Source of the DNA: Hadesarchaea archaeon
GTDB lineage: Archaea; Hadarchaeota; Hadarchaeia; Hadarchaeales; Hadarchaeaceae
NCBI GenBank assembly: GCA_030601675.1
Contig: JAUWBN010000005.1
Coordinates: 848 to 64,847 of the forward strand
Reading direction: 5' to 3'
Length of the DNA stretch: 64,000 nucleotides
Shown here: positions 63,045-64,000 of the stretch, one piece after another
Layout: every line of letters begins with the position of its first letter
Position numbering within the stretch: position 1 is the stretch's first letter
The notes under the pieces: generated by a model
The model's input: the letters and a program-made list of their open reading frames with translations, nothing else
What the model was told of the DNA's origin: nothing
The model's database searches: none
Translations under genes and position numbers: made by a program

Positions 63045-64000
63045 CTGCCATCTCCTGACAGCACTTGGTCTAGCTTGGCTAAAAATTCGTTCATCCGTTC
63101 CCGCGGTATTCGGGCCGCAGCCGCCACATCGTGGCCCCCTCCTTCGCCCCCAACTGCCCTCGCAGCACTCGCCAAAGCCCGCCCGACATTTATCCCCTGC
63201 ATCGCCAGGCCGGGTGTGCTTCGGGCCGAGACCTTGAGCTCCTCCGTGCCAGTGTCGGCGAGCCCGACGATCGGACGCTCCGTGGTGATGAGCCCGGACT
63301 CGATCGCGAGCGAGAGCGCCTCACCCACCATGGTCGAATCCACCGCATCGCCGAAGTAGATGTGCCTCAACCTCGGCGTGAGCTTGAAGGTATCGAGGTG
63401 GGAGACGAGCCATCCCAGCGCCTCCAGCATCCGTTCCTGACTGCTGTTCAGAAGGGCCAGCGCCTCGGCCTGCGCCGCCCGGTCGCCCACCGCCAAGGCG
63501 AAGCCGAACTCCGACTTTTGGAGGTCACTGCACGCGTCGAGCACCGCCACGTACTCCCCGAGGTCGCGGGGGCCGACAAGGTCTTCCGTGGCCAAGGTAT
63601 AGGTTGTCCCCCAGAGCGTGTGACAGAACTCCTCGCTGGTCGCCAGGGGGCCAACTCGGGCGAAGATCGCGTCCCGCAGTCTCCGCTCCGCCTCCGAGCC
63701 GAGCTCTACCAAGGTGCTGGAGGGTGAGATGCCGAGGGTGTCGACGAGGGAGCGACAGGCCGATGGGTTTCCTGAAAGGCCGGAGATGTAGGGCCTCGTC
63801 GTCGACCTGAGACATTCCACAACCGGGCTCAAGGTGCGCCCAATGAGCCTCAGCCCCTCGCCAACGTGGAGAAAACCCAAATCGATCGCCCGCTTCACCA
63901 GGGTGTCGTTGACCCCCGTGAACCCCGAGAAGAACTCCTGTCTATCCCCGATCGCGCCAGCCACCGCGAGCCCGACGAGAGGCCTGAAGCTACGATCGAT
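63041..64000 (-). CDS. DHH/DHHA1 family protein (RecJ-like), N-terminus beyond the window end
   Basis: DHHA1 motif 'GGEGGGHDVAAAARI'. The reading frame stays open from 63964 to 64000. Overlaps the downstream DHH gene by 4 nt. Confidence 0.75.
   Translation of the reverse strand: MDRSFRPLVGLAVAGAIGDRQEFFSGFTGVNDTLVKRAIDLGFLHVGEGLRLIGRTLSPVVECLRSTTRPYISGLSGNPSACRSLVDTLGISPSSTLVELGSEAERRLRDAIFARVGPLATSEEFCHTLWGTTYTLATEDLVGPRDLGEYVAVLDACSDLQKSEFGFALAVGDRAAQAEALALLNSSQERMLEALGWLVSHLDTFKLTPRLRHIYFGDAVDSTMVGEALSLAIESGLITTERPIVGLADTGTEELKVSARSTPGLAMQGINVGRALASAARAVGGEGGGHDVAAAARIPRERMNEFLAKLDQVLSGDGR

Overview
Archaeal chromosome segment. The backbone is G+C-rich: spot counts of single 60-nt lines give 38/60 at 9781 and 36/60 at 26401. 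All homology calls are made by eye from the supplied translations, with no search run.

Core content:
- 6051-19700 (+): the distal half of the archaeal ribosomal 'spc/alpha' superoperon (L14, L24, S4e, L5, S14, S8, L6, L32e, L19e, L18, S5, L30, L15, SecY, AdkA, DUF106/YidC-like, L34e, Cmk, L14e, Cbf5, tRNA-Ser, S13, S4, S11, RpoD).
- 44155-50730 (-): the exosome/proteasome superoperon (prefoldin beta, Pcc1, Brix, RpoP, L37Ae, Rrp42, Rrp41, Rrp4, SBDS, PsmA, Pop5, DUF54, L15e).
- 26014-30180 (-): an archaeal-type riboflavin operon (rbkR/ribK, ribB, ribC, ribH, arfB).
- Also gap-pgk, UDP-GlcNAc genes, six tRNA genes, SepRS and a methanogen-type SerRS.

AT-rich patches interrupt this backbone (line counts 19/60 at 20041, 22/60 at 27301, 12/60 at 39421):
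- A serpin cassette bracketed by two diverged copies of the glycerate-kinase 3' end.
- A 1.2-kb insert at tRNA-Leu bounded by a perfect 17-bp direct repeat.
- A free-standing double-motif LAGLIDADG endonuclease-like gene wedged between ribC and ribH.
- A TIM-barrel plus methyltransferase pair.

Other notable points:
- tRNA-His and tRNA-Lys carry short intervening sequences at non-anticodon positions (T-loop and D-arm).
- ribB has no canonical start codon upstream of its conserved N-terminus.
- A translin-family gene is translationally coupled to SepRS.
- A wHTH-fused archaeo-eukaryotic primase-like gene follows a zinc-ribbon mini-ORF.
- Three gene-end remnants (gck, AOR, S17) mark a breakpoint that cuts the ribosomal operon just before L14.

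No CRISPR array, rRNA or large ncRNA was seen. No defence-type system could be supported.
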